Origin: Mobula hypostoma
Taxonomy: Eukaryota
Length of the DNA stretch: 64,000 bases
NCBI RefSeq assembly: GCF_963921235.1
Contig: NC_086108.1
Span: 113,152,001 to 113,216,000 of the forward strand
Reading direction: 5' to 3'
Below, piece after piece: positions 63,219 through 64,000 of this stretch (position 1 is its first letter; each line of letters starts with the position of its first letter). The notes beneath the pieces were generated by a model. That model ran no database searches and was not told the DNA's origin. It saw only the letters and a program-made list of their open reading frames with translations. The position numbers were made by a program, and so were the translations under genes.

Positions 63219-64000
63219 GTCACAGGGAGAACATACAAACTCCTTACAGTCACGGGGAGACGTACAAACCCCTTACAGGTCACGGGGAGAACGTACAAAC
63301 TCCTTACAGTCATGGGGAGAATGTACAAACTCCTTACAGTCACGGGGAGACGTACAAACTCCTTACAGTCACAGGGAGAATGTACAAACTCCTTACAGTC
63401 ACGGGGAGACGTACAATCTCCTTACAGTCACGGGGAGAATGTACAAACTCCTTACAGTCACAGGGAGAATGTACAAACTCCTTACAGTCACGGGGAGACG
63501 TACAAACTCCTTACAGTCACGGGGAGAACGTACATGGTCATGGGGAGGAAACCCACATGGTCACGGGGAGAACGTACAAACTCCTTACAGTCATGGGGAG
63601 ACGTACAAACTCCTTACAGTCACGGGGACACGTACAAACTCCTTACAGGTCACGGGGAGAACGTACAAACTCCTTACAGTCACGGGGAGACGTACAAACT
63701 CCTTACAGTCACGGGGAGAACGTACAAACTCCTTACAGTCAGGGGGAGACGTACAAACTCCTTACAGTCACGGGGAGAATGTACATGGTCATGGGGAGGA
63801 AACCCACATGGTCACGGGGAGAACGTACAAACTCCTTACAGTCACGGGGAGACGTCTAAACTCCTTACAGTCACGGGGAGAAGTACAAACTCCTTACAGT
63901 CACGGGGAGAACGTAAAAACTCCTTACAGTCACAGGGAGACGTGCAAATTGCTTACAGTCACGGGGAGAAGGTACAAACTCCTTACAGTCATGGGGAGAA
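63219..64000. repeat. 29-31-bp minisatellite derived from a V-SINE, running off the window end
   Basis: Unit GTCACGGGGAGAACGTACAAACTCCTTACA, continuous with a minus-strand V-SINE at 63030-63220. Confidence 0.95.

Noticed and set aside
63161..63859. 232-aa ORF
   Set aside because: Chance open frame through the V-SINE-derived minisatellite.

Overview
Eukaryotic, repeat-dominated vertebrate DNA, most likely a cartilaginous fish (shark or ray), judged from HE1/V-SINE-like, CR1 (HER1-like), Rex1/Babar-like and Penelope-like repeats. The window lies inside a minus-strand clade-C fibrillar collagen gene, best matching COL24A1, which the ORF track misses. Seven phase-0 GT-AG exons of 54 or 45 bp splice into 120 uninterrupted Gly-X-Y residues. 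The introns are filled with nested retroelement fragments and minisatellites, several of which appear to be amplified pieces of transposons. The most notable signals are RNA structures. (i) More than a dozen minimal type-I hammerhead ribozyme motifs (two intact) lie in Penelope-like 3' ends, including fold-back insertions with target-site duplications (TSDs). (ii) A degenerate but topologically complete HDV-like ribozyme lies in an RTE-type non-autonomous element at about 50.4 kb. Exon and ribozyme coordinates were read base by base; most repeat boundaries are approximate, and family assignments come from remembered motifs, not database searches.
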